DNA of 62,939 nt from Chloroflexota bacterium (GCA_016190755.1 JACPPY010000054.1:1-62939); one strand, 5' to 3'; counted from the stretch's first letter, positions 38,462-46,800 are shown. Notes: generated from the letters alone by a model not told the origin. Translations and numbers: made by a program.

Positions 38462-39649
38462 ATGACGAGGACGTTATATGTGGCGGCGATTGTAATGGCT
38501 GTTGTAGTCGTATCTCTATCTGCATGTGGCAAACCAGCGCCCCAGCCTCCCCCGACTACAGCCCCTGCACCCGCAGCCCCGTCTCCATCCCCAACGGCAA
38601 AGCCATCGCCAACCCCGCTCTCGCCGTCAACTTCGCCGTTGGTAAAACCATCTCCCTCATCTCCATCCCCAGTCGATAGACAGGCTCAGCTTGAGGCCGC
38701 GGCCAAGAAGGAAGGGAAGGTTGTTCTCTGGTCACCTCACGCGAAAATTGCTACAAAATTCCTCGCAAAATTTATGGAACGTTACCCCTGGTTGCAGCTA
38801 GAGACATGGGATGCTACAGGTACTGTCCTCATTGAAAAATTGGTAAGTGAGGCGAGGGTAGGCCGGCATAGCGTGGATGTGATGGCCATGGAAGAGCAGG
38901 GGGTCAGGCTGATTCCGAAGGATTTGCTGGCAAAGTATGACTGGCCTAGTGCGGCAAAGTATCCTTCAGAAGCGCTGGAGGGTACAGAGGGTTTGTACAT
39001 GCGGGACGCGCTGGCCTTCTACGGCCCGGTGTACAACACGAAGATAGTTCCCCCAACAAAGGCCCCACACTCGTGGCAGGACATGGCGGACCCAAAGTGG
39101 AAAGGCAAAACAGCTGTCCCTTTGGATGCCGACGAAGCACCTTTAATGCTAGCTGCCATGTGGGGCAGCAATGGGAAACTGGCATGGGAGGAGTCCTTTG
39201 CCTTCTGGCGAGAGGTGTCTAAGAACACTAAGCCAAAGACAGTGAAAGGATACAGCGAGCCCACAAGGCTCCTCGGCGCCGGGGAATACGAGCTTTTCCT
39301 CTGGGATGCGTCAAGTATCGCGCTTCAAGCGCAGTTAGCTGGGCTGCCGGTGGCGTTTGCCTCGGTTGATCGCTTCCCAGCGGCGGCGAGAATTAAGACA
39401 ATCTTGAAGAATGCGCCGCACCCCAATGCGGCACGACTGCTTGTCGACTACATAACTTCGACCGAAGGATCAAGGATCTACGCCGACGTTGGGGCTTACA
39501 TCAGTCTCAACCCTGAAGCTGCCGAGGCATTACTGAATCGCCAAATGAAAGAGACAGGCACCAAGCTTTATATAGTGCCCACCGAATTGGAAAGCATGGA
39601 GAATTTGAAGAAATCCGCCGATTTCTGGGCCGCGCTACTGGGTATATAA
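38462..39649 (+). CDS. ABC-transporter solute-binding lipoprotein, paralogue 2 (mosaic near-identity to paralogue 1)
   Basis: Same RBS, signal peptide and lipobox as paralogue 1 (MTRTLYVAAIVMAVVVVSLSACG). Long nucleotide blocks are nearly identical to 35680-36720. Confidence 0.88.
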   Translation: MTRTLYVAAIVMAVVVVSLSACGKPAPQPPPTTAPAPAAPSPSPTAKPSPTPLSPSTSPLVKPSPSSPSPVDRQAQLEAAAKKEGKVVLWSPHAKIATKFLAKFMERYPWLQLETWDATGTVLIEKLVSEARVGRHSVDVMAMEEQGVRLIPKDLLAKYDWPSAAKYPSEALEGTEGLYMRDALAFYGPVYNTKIVPPTKAPHSWQDMADPKWKGKTAVPLDADEAPLMLAAMWGSNGKLAWEESFAFWREVSKNTKPKTVKGYSEPTRLLGAGEYELFLWDASSIALQAQLAGLPVAFASVDRFPAAARIKTILKNAPHPNAARLLVDYITSTEGSRIYADVGAYISLNPEAAEALLNRQMKETGTKLYIVPTELESMENLKKSADFWAALLGI

Positions 39650-39778
39650 ATCAGGAACTGAGCAATGCAGGAAGTATGTTCCTACCTCATGGTGCTGTAC
39701 CATATAGTGCTGTGGTTGTGATGGTAACGGTAGGATAGGAGAGGGCCCGCCCTCGGCCACGCTGGGGGTGAAATCGAG

Positions 39779-41524
39779 TTGGAGCCAGCGAGTTTGAGCA
39801 CACGGTTCTTGGATGCCTGCCGTGCCCTAAAGCAAAGGGGGCGCGAGAGGTGTGTCTTCTTAGTGATAGGTTTGCCCCTGGTATTCCTCGTTGTCGTGCC
39901 GCTGTTTCTATTGGTACTCAATAGTTTCCGAGATATCGGCTTTGGTGAGGTTGCGGTCGCTCTCAACAAGTTCACTCTGGATAACTATATCACTGCCTAC
40001 ATGAACCCGAGGACATGGAGGATGCTGGGGAACAGCATCGTCTTTGCCGTTGGCTCGATGGTTGTTGCTTTCGTATTGGGTGGTGTAATGGCGTTCCTCG
40101 CGGAGCGGACCGACTCTCCCTTCCGACGTTTCACCTACGCACTAATGTTCATGCCACTCATCATACCAGGAATGCTGCAGGCGGTAGCCTGGGTTCTCCT
40201 ATTGAGCCCCAGTATTGGTCTGGTGAACAAGCTGTGGTCTGCCATCGGATTCGGCACCCCTCTCCTTAATGCCTACAGCATGCCGGTGATGTGGTGGGTG
40301 CAGGGCGTCATTTTGGCGCCTCTCACCTTTATCATGCTCGGAGCGGCCTTTCGCCGGATGGACCCTGCCCTGGAGGAAGCCGCCATCACCTGCGGTGCGC
40401 CACTGAGCAGGGTGGCAACACAGGTTACTCTCAAGGTCATCCTGCCGGCGATTGTTGGCGTGGCCCTGCTCCAGTTTGTGCGGGCCCTCGAAGCTTTGGA
40501 GGTGCCCTTGCTACTGGGTCTTAGCGGAGACGTTATGGTGTTTAGCGCCAACATCCTGCTTTCAATAACGATGAGGTTCCCGCCAGCGTATGGCCTCGGT
40601 TTTACCTATTCCATAACCCTTATCAGTCTCACTGTCTTCGGACTTTTCGTCTATCAGAGGGTGGTGCGAAGAGGCGAGAGATATGCAGTAGTCACCGGCA
40701 AGGGATATCGCCCTCGTATTATTAAACTTGGCAGATGGAAGGCACTTGCAGTTGGTTTCCAGATATTCTTCGCGGTCGTCGCCATCGGCCTTCCGGTCCT
40801 CGTGTTGCTGTGGGCCTCACTACTGCCCGCCTATCAGGCTCCCTCAATGGAGATGCTGTCCAAGGTCAGCCTCAAGAATTACTCCATGGTATTCGATCGT
40901 CCCGACATGCTGCATATGCTCCAAAATACTGCCTTATTGGCGGGTGTCGTTAGTGTCTGTGTCATGTTCCTGGCCCTCTTGCTCTCATGGGTCATTTTCC
41001 ATATGAAGATAAAGGGATCTGGCTTTCTTGACAGCCTAGCTTTCATCCCTTACGCCATACCCTCAGTCGTCACGGGCATTGCCTTCATGGTACTGTTCCT
41101 TGCCTTCCCTAACCCTGTGTACGGAACCATCTGGATCCTGGTGATCGCCTATATCGTAGTTGAGCTGCCCTACGGCACCCGTTTTACCCATGCCGGTCTC
41201 TTGCAGGTCCATAAGGAGATGGAGGAGGCAGGCAAGATCTCTGGCGCGAGCTTCTGGAGAGTGTTCTTCCATGTCATCGTGCCGATTATGAAGCCTTCGC
41301 TTACTGGCGGTGGGCTATATGTATTCATCATATCTGTCAAGTACTTTTCCATAGCCGCCATCCTGTCGTCGTCTCAAAGTATCGTGCTCTCTGTGCAAAT
41401 CTGGCAACTGTGGAACGAAGGTGGGCTGGGGGCGTTAGCGGCTTTGGCCATAATCATGATCGCAGGGCTTAGCGTTCTCACGCTACTGGGAGGGGTGCAC
41501 AGAATAGAACGGATTGTTGGCTAA
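39779..41524 (+). CDS. Fused double ABC-transporter permease (2 x BPD_transp_1, FbpB/AfuB type), paralogue 1
   Basis: 581 aa with about 12 TM segments and two EAA-like loops (RRMDPALEEAAITCGA; VHKEMEEAGKISGAS). Confidence 0.9.
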   Translation: MEPASLSTRFLDACRALKQRGRERCVFLVIGLPLVFLVVVPLFLLVLNSFRDIGFGEVAVALNKFTLDNYITAYMNPRTWRMLGNSIVFAVGSMVVAFVLGGVMAFLAERTDSPFRRFTYALMFMPLIIPGMLQAVAWVLLLSPSIGLVNKLWSAIGFGTPLLNAYSMPVMWWVQGVILAPLTFIMLGAAFRRMDPALEEAAITCGAPLSRVATQVTLKVILPAIVGVALLQFVRALEALEVPLLLGLSGDVMVFSANILLSITMRFPPAYGLGFTYSITLISLTVFGLFVYQRVVRRGERYAVVTGKGYRPRIIKLGRWKALAVGFQIFFAVVAIGLPVLVLLWASLLPAYQAPSMEMLSKVSLKNYSMVFDRPDMLHMLQNTALLAGVVSVCVMFLALLLSWVIFHMKIKGSGFLDSLAFIPYAIPSVVTGIAFMVLFLAFPNPVYGTIWILVIAYIVVELPYGTRFTHAGLLQVHKEMEEAGKISGASFWRVFFHVIVPIMKPSLTGGGLYVFIISVKYFSIAAILSSSQSIVLSVQIWQLWNEGGLGALAALAIIMIAGLSVLTLLGGVHRIERIVG

Positions 41525-41577
41525 GCATCCCTGTGCCAGAGCCATTCGCCGACGGCCATGGTGCCTGGATCTGGGAG

Positions 41578-41611
41578 AAAGGCGCAAAAAATCAACCGCC
41601 TTTTTGAATTT
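41578..41611 (+). terminator. Candidate intrinsic terminator after permease 1
   Basis: AAAGGCG-caaaaaatcaac-CGCCTTT followed by TTGAATTT. Confidence 0.45.
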
Positions 41612-41837
41612 GCGATTTACGGCTTAATATCAAGGCGACTACCACCGAAATCCTGCAAAATCCCGCAATAAGAACAATCGTTCCCTCAAAGCTCTCACAA
41701 AATGTTTTGCGGTAAGTTCCCTCCCATTGCACTCGGCCTTTCCAGAAAGTTGTGCTCGTCAAAGCAGAGTAATTGAGTTAGGGCATTTGTCGCCATCATG
41801 CTGGGTGACTGTTTGTGACTTTAGCGGAATTATGTAC

Positions 41838-41866
41838 TTGACAGCAGTTCATTTTTTGGTTACCAT
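41838..41866 (+). promoter_or_regulatory. Candidate sigma-70-type promoter for the selenoprotein operon
   Basis: TTGACA - 17 nt (T-rich) - TACCAT. It sits in the only AT-rich stretch of the cluster, about 140 nt upstream of ATG 42008. The same TTTTTG(G)TTACCAT architecture occurs upstream of thrS. Confidence 0.45.
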
Positions 41867-42007
41867 CAAGACACTAAACGACTTATTGTCCTAATGATGG
41901 AACCCCAGGAACGCAGCATAGGGCGATTTGCTGTTTATGCGTCAGGATTGCGGAACAAATGTGTTAGCCATCATAAGACTGCATTAGCTATATGAGGAGG
42001 ATTGTCT

Positions 42008-42562
42008 ATGTGCGAAGCAGCTGTGACTTTGGTGAACCCAGTTGGGCATCCCCGCAATGAGGACCCAATAAAAGAGGTTGCGTGGCCAGTAGACCTGAGC
42101 CATAAGACAGTGATCTTGATCGACAACACCAAGCCGAAGGCTGACCTAATACTTGAATTGTTCGCAGGGGCCATTCAGGAGCATTTCCCCGGAGTGCGAG
42201 TGATCCACAGGCGAAAATCTGGCGCGGTTTCCCCAGCACCATTCCTGCATGAACTGAATGGCATGGCCGACCTAGCCATCAATGCAGTGGCGGATTGAGG
42301 GGGCTGCACAACGTGGAGTGTCCACGACGCAGTCAAGTTACGTCAGCGGGGAATTCCAGCGGTGGTTGTCTGTAGCCATGACTTCAGCGCCCTGGCACGA
42401 AGCGTGGCACGGGCCTGTGGTGTCGATGACCCTCGACTGGTTATCCTGCCCCACCCGCTTGGCTCTCTCCCTGACCAGGCCATAAAGACCATAATAAGAC
42501 GCGGACATGACGAGATCATGTCTGTGCTTACCGGTAAGAAGAGATACACGGAGGTGGCGTAA
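42008..42562 (+). CDS. Candidate selenoprotein, UxxC (U-G-G-C) motif, UGSC-family-like; in-frame TGA at 42296-42298 read as Sec
   Basis: ORFs 42002..42298 and 42362..42562 share a frame, and the 63 nt between them carry no stop. The joined product is ...MADLAINAVAD-U-GGCTTWSVHDAVKLRQRGIPAVVVCSHDF...RLVILPHPLG.... GAGGAGG lies 8 nt before ATG 42008. A SECIS-like hairpin follows the TGA. Confidence 0.65.
42304..42332 (+). other. Candidate bacterial SECIS hairpin
   Basis: CUGC-ACAA-CGUGGA-GUG-UCCACG-AC-GCAG. It starts 6 nt after the UGA. The apical GUG loop is 22 nt from the U of the UGA. Confidence 0.5.
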
Positions 42563-43647
42563 TGGCTGTGGCCGATGAAATCGTAGTGTCTGGGTCTTAC
42601 GATGCGATCTACGAATTCTGTCTGCAACAGGGGTGGACTGACGGCCTTCCTGTTGTACCGCCGACACGCGAACGAGTGGGTGCTATGCTTGAGTGGACTG
42701 ACAGGGATGCCGATGAAGTGGTCGGTTCTATCCCGCCACTCAATGGCCATGCAAGCATACGAAAGATCGCTGCAAACGCAGTGATGGCAGGATGTCGTCC
42801 CAATTATCTGCCTGTTGTTATTACTGCGGTGGAAGCCCTGTTGGACAAGGGGTTCAATCTGGACGCCGTGCAGCCGACAACTGGACCAATAACACAATTG
42901 GTAATCGTCAATGGACCCGTCGCCCGAGAGTTGGGCATCAATGCTGGGACAACGGCCTTCGGCCCGGGATGGCGCAGTAACGCCACCATTGGTCGAGCCA
43001 TACGGTTGATCCTCGTGAACATTGGTGGCGCGAAACCCGGCGAGGTGAATCAAAAGACCCAAGGGCAGCCGGGCATGTTCAGCTTGTGTGCTGCCGAAAA
43101 TGAGGCCCGCAGCCCCTGGGAACCGTTCCATGTCGAACATGGCATTCCAGCGGAACACAGCGCAGTGACCGTCTTTGCCACATTCCCTGGATATGACATC
43201 CACGAGGGGGAAACAGCAAACGATATCTTGACAAACCTCTCTCGTGAGACTGGGGGCATGACACGTAAGCTTGTCAACGGAGGGGAGCATGTTGTCGCAC
43301 TATGCCCGGAACACGCTCAGATCCTAGCAAGTGCAGGCTTTTCAAAGCAGCAGGTAAAAGAATTCCTTTGGCAGCATGCTGGAGCTCCCCTGGCTCACCT
43401 TGTGCCATATTTCCAGCGACTTGCTCGCCTACGGCGGGCAAATGTATTTCAAGTAGAAAGCGGAGACGACACCTGGCTGCCTATTGCCGATCGACCGGAC
43501 CAGATCCATGTGATTGTGGTTGGTGGAACGTCGCGTCACTCGACCTATTTCCCCTGCTTCAGCTACTCTCGGTTTGCATCTAGGCGCATCACAAATCATT
43601 GTGGCCAGGCCATTCGCTCAGTCAAGGATCTGTTCCGGAACAGCTGA
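42562..43647 (+). CDS. Uncharacterised conserved-looking protein, translationally coupled to the selenoprotein gene
   Basis: 361-aa ORF. Its ATG overlaps the upstream TAA (TAATG). Motif-like stretches: GWTDGLPVVPPT, AANAVMAGCRPNYLPVV, QPTTGPITQLVIVNGP, FGPGWRSNATIGRAIRL, CAAENEARSPWEPFHVEHG. I cannot assign a family. Confidence 0.8.
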   Translation: MAVADEIVVSGSYDAIYEFCLQQGWTDGLPVVPPTRERVGAMLEWTDRDADEVVGSIPPLNGHASIRKIAANAVMAGCRPNYLPVVITAVEALLDKGFNLDAVQPTTGPITQLVIVNGPVARELGINAGTTAFGPGWRSNATIGRAIRLILVNIGGAKPGEVNQKTQGQPGMFSLCAAENEARSPWEPFHVEHGIPAEHSAVTVFATFPGYDIHEGETANDILTNLSRETGGMTRKLVNGGEHVVALCPEHAQILASAGFSKQQVKEFLWQHAGAPLAHLVPYFQRLARLRRANVFQVESGDDTWLPIADRPDQIHVIVVGGTSRHSTYFPCFSYSRFASRRITNHCGQAIRSVKDLFRNS

Positions 43648-43751
43648 AAGTAGGTCGTATTTCTACGTATTTCTATAGAACCAAGGGAGATGTTCCATAA
43701 GTCAAGCATCTATAACGATATCTAGCGAATAATATTCGCAAGGAGGATCAA

Positions 43752-44945
43752 ATGGAAAGGAAAAGGCTGTCAGTCCTGGTCGCCCTTGTTCTACCGGCTC
43801 TGGTTTTGTTCGCGTCGTCTTCCATAGTCGCTTGCTCTAGCTCAACTACACCACGACCGTCTTCGTCCTCGACGGCGCAACCATCGGCCATACCTTCATC
43901 TTCACCGTCGCCAACAGTCAAGCCATCACCTCTGCCCTCGCCTTCGGCCTCACCTTCACCGACAGTGAATCGGCAGGAGCAGCTTGAAGCTGCTGCCAAG
44001 AAAGAAGGGGCTGTCACGTTCTGGGCAACTTATGCGACAGAGGCGAACAAATATCTCGCACCATTCAAGGAGCGTTACCCCTGGCTAAAAGTGGAAGTCT
44101 GGCAGTCTACGAATGCGCCCATCGTCGACAAAATGCTTGCTGAGGCCAAGGCAAGTAAGTATAGCGTGGATGTCTTTGGCTTAGCTGAAGAAACTGCGGT
44201 GCAAGTCCCAGCCAGTTTCTATGCCAAGTATGATTGGCCTAGTGCGGCGAAATGGCCTGCCGAGACGCGGCAACAAGAGGGGTTGTACCTGCGCACGACT
44301 GTCAACGCGCAGGGCCCGGTTTATAATACAAAGGCAGTTCCCGCGGCGGAGATCCCGAAAACCTGGGAGGACATGGCAAACCCGAGATGGAAGGGGAGAA
44401 CCGTCGTTTCCCTTGAGACTGACGAAGCCGTACTGGTACTAGCCGCCATGTGGGGGGAAGGAAAGGAAGGGAAGCTGGACTGGGACAGGGCCTTGAGCTT
44501 CTGGCAGAACTTCTTCAAGAACACTCAGCCGAAGACTGGGTCGGGATTTACAACTCCAACCAAGCTCATGGTCGCCGGGGAATACGATCTCTTCCCATAT
44601 GGCTCGGTCAATGCGGCAGTGAGGATGAAGGCGACCGAAGGGTCACCGCTAGGGTTTATTCCTGTTCAGTATCCGGCAAGACCGTCCGTGCTGGCAATTG
44701 CCAAGGATGCTCCTCATCCTAATGCGGCAAGGCTATTGGCCGACTACATGACTTCGGACGAAGGAAGTGTGCTGTTCTCAAATACTATGTATATGGCTTC
44801 CCTTAGTCCGGCTGCTGAAAACTCGATACCCCTCCGTATGTACGCTGAGATGGGTCTGAAGCGTTACATATTGCCTGCGGCCTTGATGACTGCCGAGAAT
44901 ACGAAGAAATCTGGCGAGTTATGGAAGAAACTACTCGGTGTCTAG
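43752..44945 (+). CDS. ABC-transporter solute-binding lipoprotein, paralogue 3 (more divergent)
   Basis: AAGGAGGA lies before ATG 43752. Lipobox IVAC, an S/P-rich linker, and the same fold landmarks as paralogues 1 and 2 (ERYPWL.VE.W, YDWPSAAKW, WKG(K/R)T, APHPNAARLL.DY.TS). Confidence 0.88.
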   Translation: MERKRLSVLVALVLPALVLFASSSIVACSSSTTPRPSSSSTAQPSAIPSSSPSPTVKPSPLPSPSASPSPTVNRQEQLEAAAKKEGAVTFWATYATEANKYLAPFKERYPWLKVEVWQSTNAPIVDKMLAEAKASKYSVDVFGLAEETAVQVPASFYAKYDWPSAAKWPAETRQQEGLYLRTTVNAQGPVYNTKAVPAAEIPKTWEDMANPRWKGRTVVSLETDEAVLVLAAMWGEGKEGKLDWDRALSFWQNFFKNTQPKTGSGFTTPTKLMVAGEYDLFPYGSVNAAVRMKATEGSPLGFIPVQYPARPSVLAIAKDAPHPNAARLLADYMTSDEGSVLFSNTMYMASLSPAAENSIPLRMYAEMGLKRYILPAALMTAENTKKSGELWKKLLGV

Positions 44946-45063
44946 TAGGAGTCGAGATAGACTGACTGCAGGGTGATGTCTCCACAGACGCAAGTCCTGA
45001 GTGGCTTGAGAGGGCTCATACATGTGGTTTCGCACCTTGAAGACCGCCCATCATTTGGGGGGC

Positions 45064-46800
45064 ATGAATTTATCTGCCCGTTTCCTGCATGGTTACGGTA
45101 CCCTGAAGCGGAGTAAGGGTGAAGTCTCCATACTTGTCGTTGCCGGGGCTTTTTTGGGAGTCTTCGTCGTATTCCCTCTCCTGTTGCTGGTACTCAACAG
45201 CTTCCGGGATATCGGTTTGGGTGAAATTGGGCTTGCCTTTGACAAGCTTACCTTAGGAAACTATTCCATCGCCTACATGAACCCAAGAACGTGGAAAATG
45301 CTGTGGGATAGCCTTGTCTTTGCCGGTGGTGCCGCGGTTGTCGCTTTCTTGCTGGGTGGTGGCATGGCATTTATTACCGAGCGGACTAATGCTCCCTTCC
45401 GGCACCTCACCTACGGGTTGATGTTCGTGCCCCTCATCGTTCCGGGAATGCTGCTCTCTATAGGCTGGATCTTCCTGCTCAGCCCGAAAATCGGCCTGCT
45501 AAACAAGGCGTGGATGTCGATCGGGTTTCATACACCTTTTTTGGACGTCTACAGTATGCCTGTGATGTGGTGGATCCAAGGAGTAATGGAGTCTCCGCTT
45601 ACGTTTCTTATGCTGGGTGCCGCTTTTAGGCGCATGGATCCGTCCCTGGAAGAAGCCGCTATTGCTTGTGGAACCTCGAGAGTTAATTGTGCCATTAGGA
45701 TAACGCTGAAGCTAATGCTTCCGGCAATCGCAGGGGTGGCTCTCCTCCAGTTTGTACGTGGTCTTGAAGCTATGGAGGTGCCGCTGATTCTTGGCCTCAA
45801 TTCCGGTATCAAGGTATTCAGTGTTAACATTTTGCTCTCGCTTCAGGAGGTCTCACCGCCTGACTATGCTCTCGGCTTTACCTACGGCATAAGCCTGATC
45901 TGCCTTACTGTTGCGGGGCTCTTCATTTATCTCAGGATGATGAGACAATCCGAGAAGTATGTAGTTGTAACAGGCAAGGGATATAGGCCGGGGATTATTA
46001 ACCTCGGCAAATGGAAGTTTGCGGCAGCGGGTTTCCAGATCTTCTTCGGAGTCGCGGCAATAGGGCTTCCTCTTCTGGTATTGATCTGGGTCTCACTACT
46101 GCGTAGCTACGAGGTTCCCTCGATAGAGATGTTGTCCCAGATGAATCTGGATAAGTACACGTCAATAATTGGTCGGCCCGGGATGACGTCCGTGATTCTG
46201 AACACTGTTGTAGTAGCGGCCATTGCCAGCGTCTGTGTCATGTTCTTATCAATCCTGCTTTCCTGGATCGTTTTCCATATGAAGATAAAGGGGGGTGCGA
46301 TTCTTGACGGATTGGCTTTTATTCCCTATGCCATACCCTCAATAGCTATGGCTATTGCTTTCATGGTTCTGTTCCTTTCCTTCAGGAACCCGATCTACGG
46401 CACCATCTGGATTTTAGTAATAGCGTACGTCATACGCTTCATGCCCTACGGCACGCGCTTCACCCATGCCGGCCTGTTGCAGATCAAGAAGGAGTTGGAG
46501 GAAGTAGCTCTCACGGCTGGCGCGAGTTACTGGAAAATGTTCCTCCGTATCATCATCCCTATTATGAAACCCTCGCTTGTCGGGGGTGGTCTGTATGTGT
46601 TCATTCTGTCTGTGAAGATTTTCCCCATTGCCGCTCTCCTCTCGTCGCCCAACAGTAAGGTGCTTGCGGTAGAAATCTGGCAAATGTGGAATGTGGGAAT
46701 GTTTGGGGAGGTTTCTGCTCTCGCTGTGATGATGATCGGGGGTCTGAGCATTCTCACCCTTCTGGTTGGAACACGGACGCTGGGCCAGATTACAGGCTAG
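45064..46800 (+). CDS. Fused double ABC-transporter permease, paralogue 2
   Basis: Aligns along its length with 39779..41524 (MNLSARFL... versus MEPASLSTRFL...). GGGGGG lies before ATG 45064. The track start at 45022 is the alternative. Confidence 0.9.
   Translation: MNLSARFLHGYGTLKRSKGEVSILVVAGAFLGVFVVFPLLLLVLNSFRDIGLGEIGLAFDKLTLGNYSIAYMNPRTWKMLWDSLVFAGGAAVVAFLLGGGMAFITERTNAPFRHLTYGLMFVPLIVPGMLLSIGWIFLLSPKIGLLNKAWMSIGFHTPFLDVYSMPVMWWIQGVMESPLTFLMLGAAFRRMDPSLEEAAIACGTSRVNCAIRITLKLMLPAIAGVALLQFVRGLEAMEVPLILGLNSGIKVFSVNILLSLQEVSPPDYALGFTYGISLICLTVAGLFIYLRMMRQSEKYVVVTGKGYRPGIINLGKWKFAAAGFQIFFGVAAIGLPLLVLIWVSLLRSYEVPSIEMLSQMNLDKYTSIIGRPGMTSVILNTVVVAAIASVCVMFLSILLSWIVFHMKIKGGAILDGLAFIPYAIPSIAMAIAFMVLFLSFRNPIYGTIWILVIAYVIRFMPYGTRFTHAGLLQIKKELEEVALTAGASYWKMFLRIIIPIMKPSLVGGGLYVFILSVKIFPIAALLSSPNSKVLAVEIWQMWNVGMFGEVSALAVMMIGGLSILTLLVGTRTLGQITG

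Noticed and set aside
41525-42000. Decayed ABC ATPase gene in the spacer after permease 1.
   Set aside because: No reading frame in the spacer shows Walker A/B or signature-motif remnants, and the region is AT-rich with many stops in all frames.
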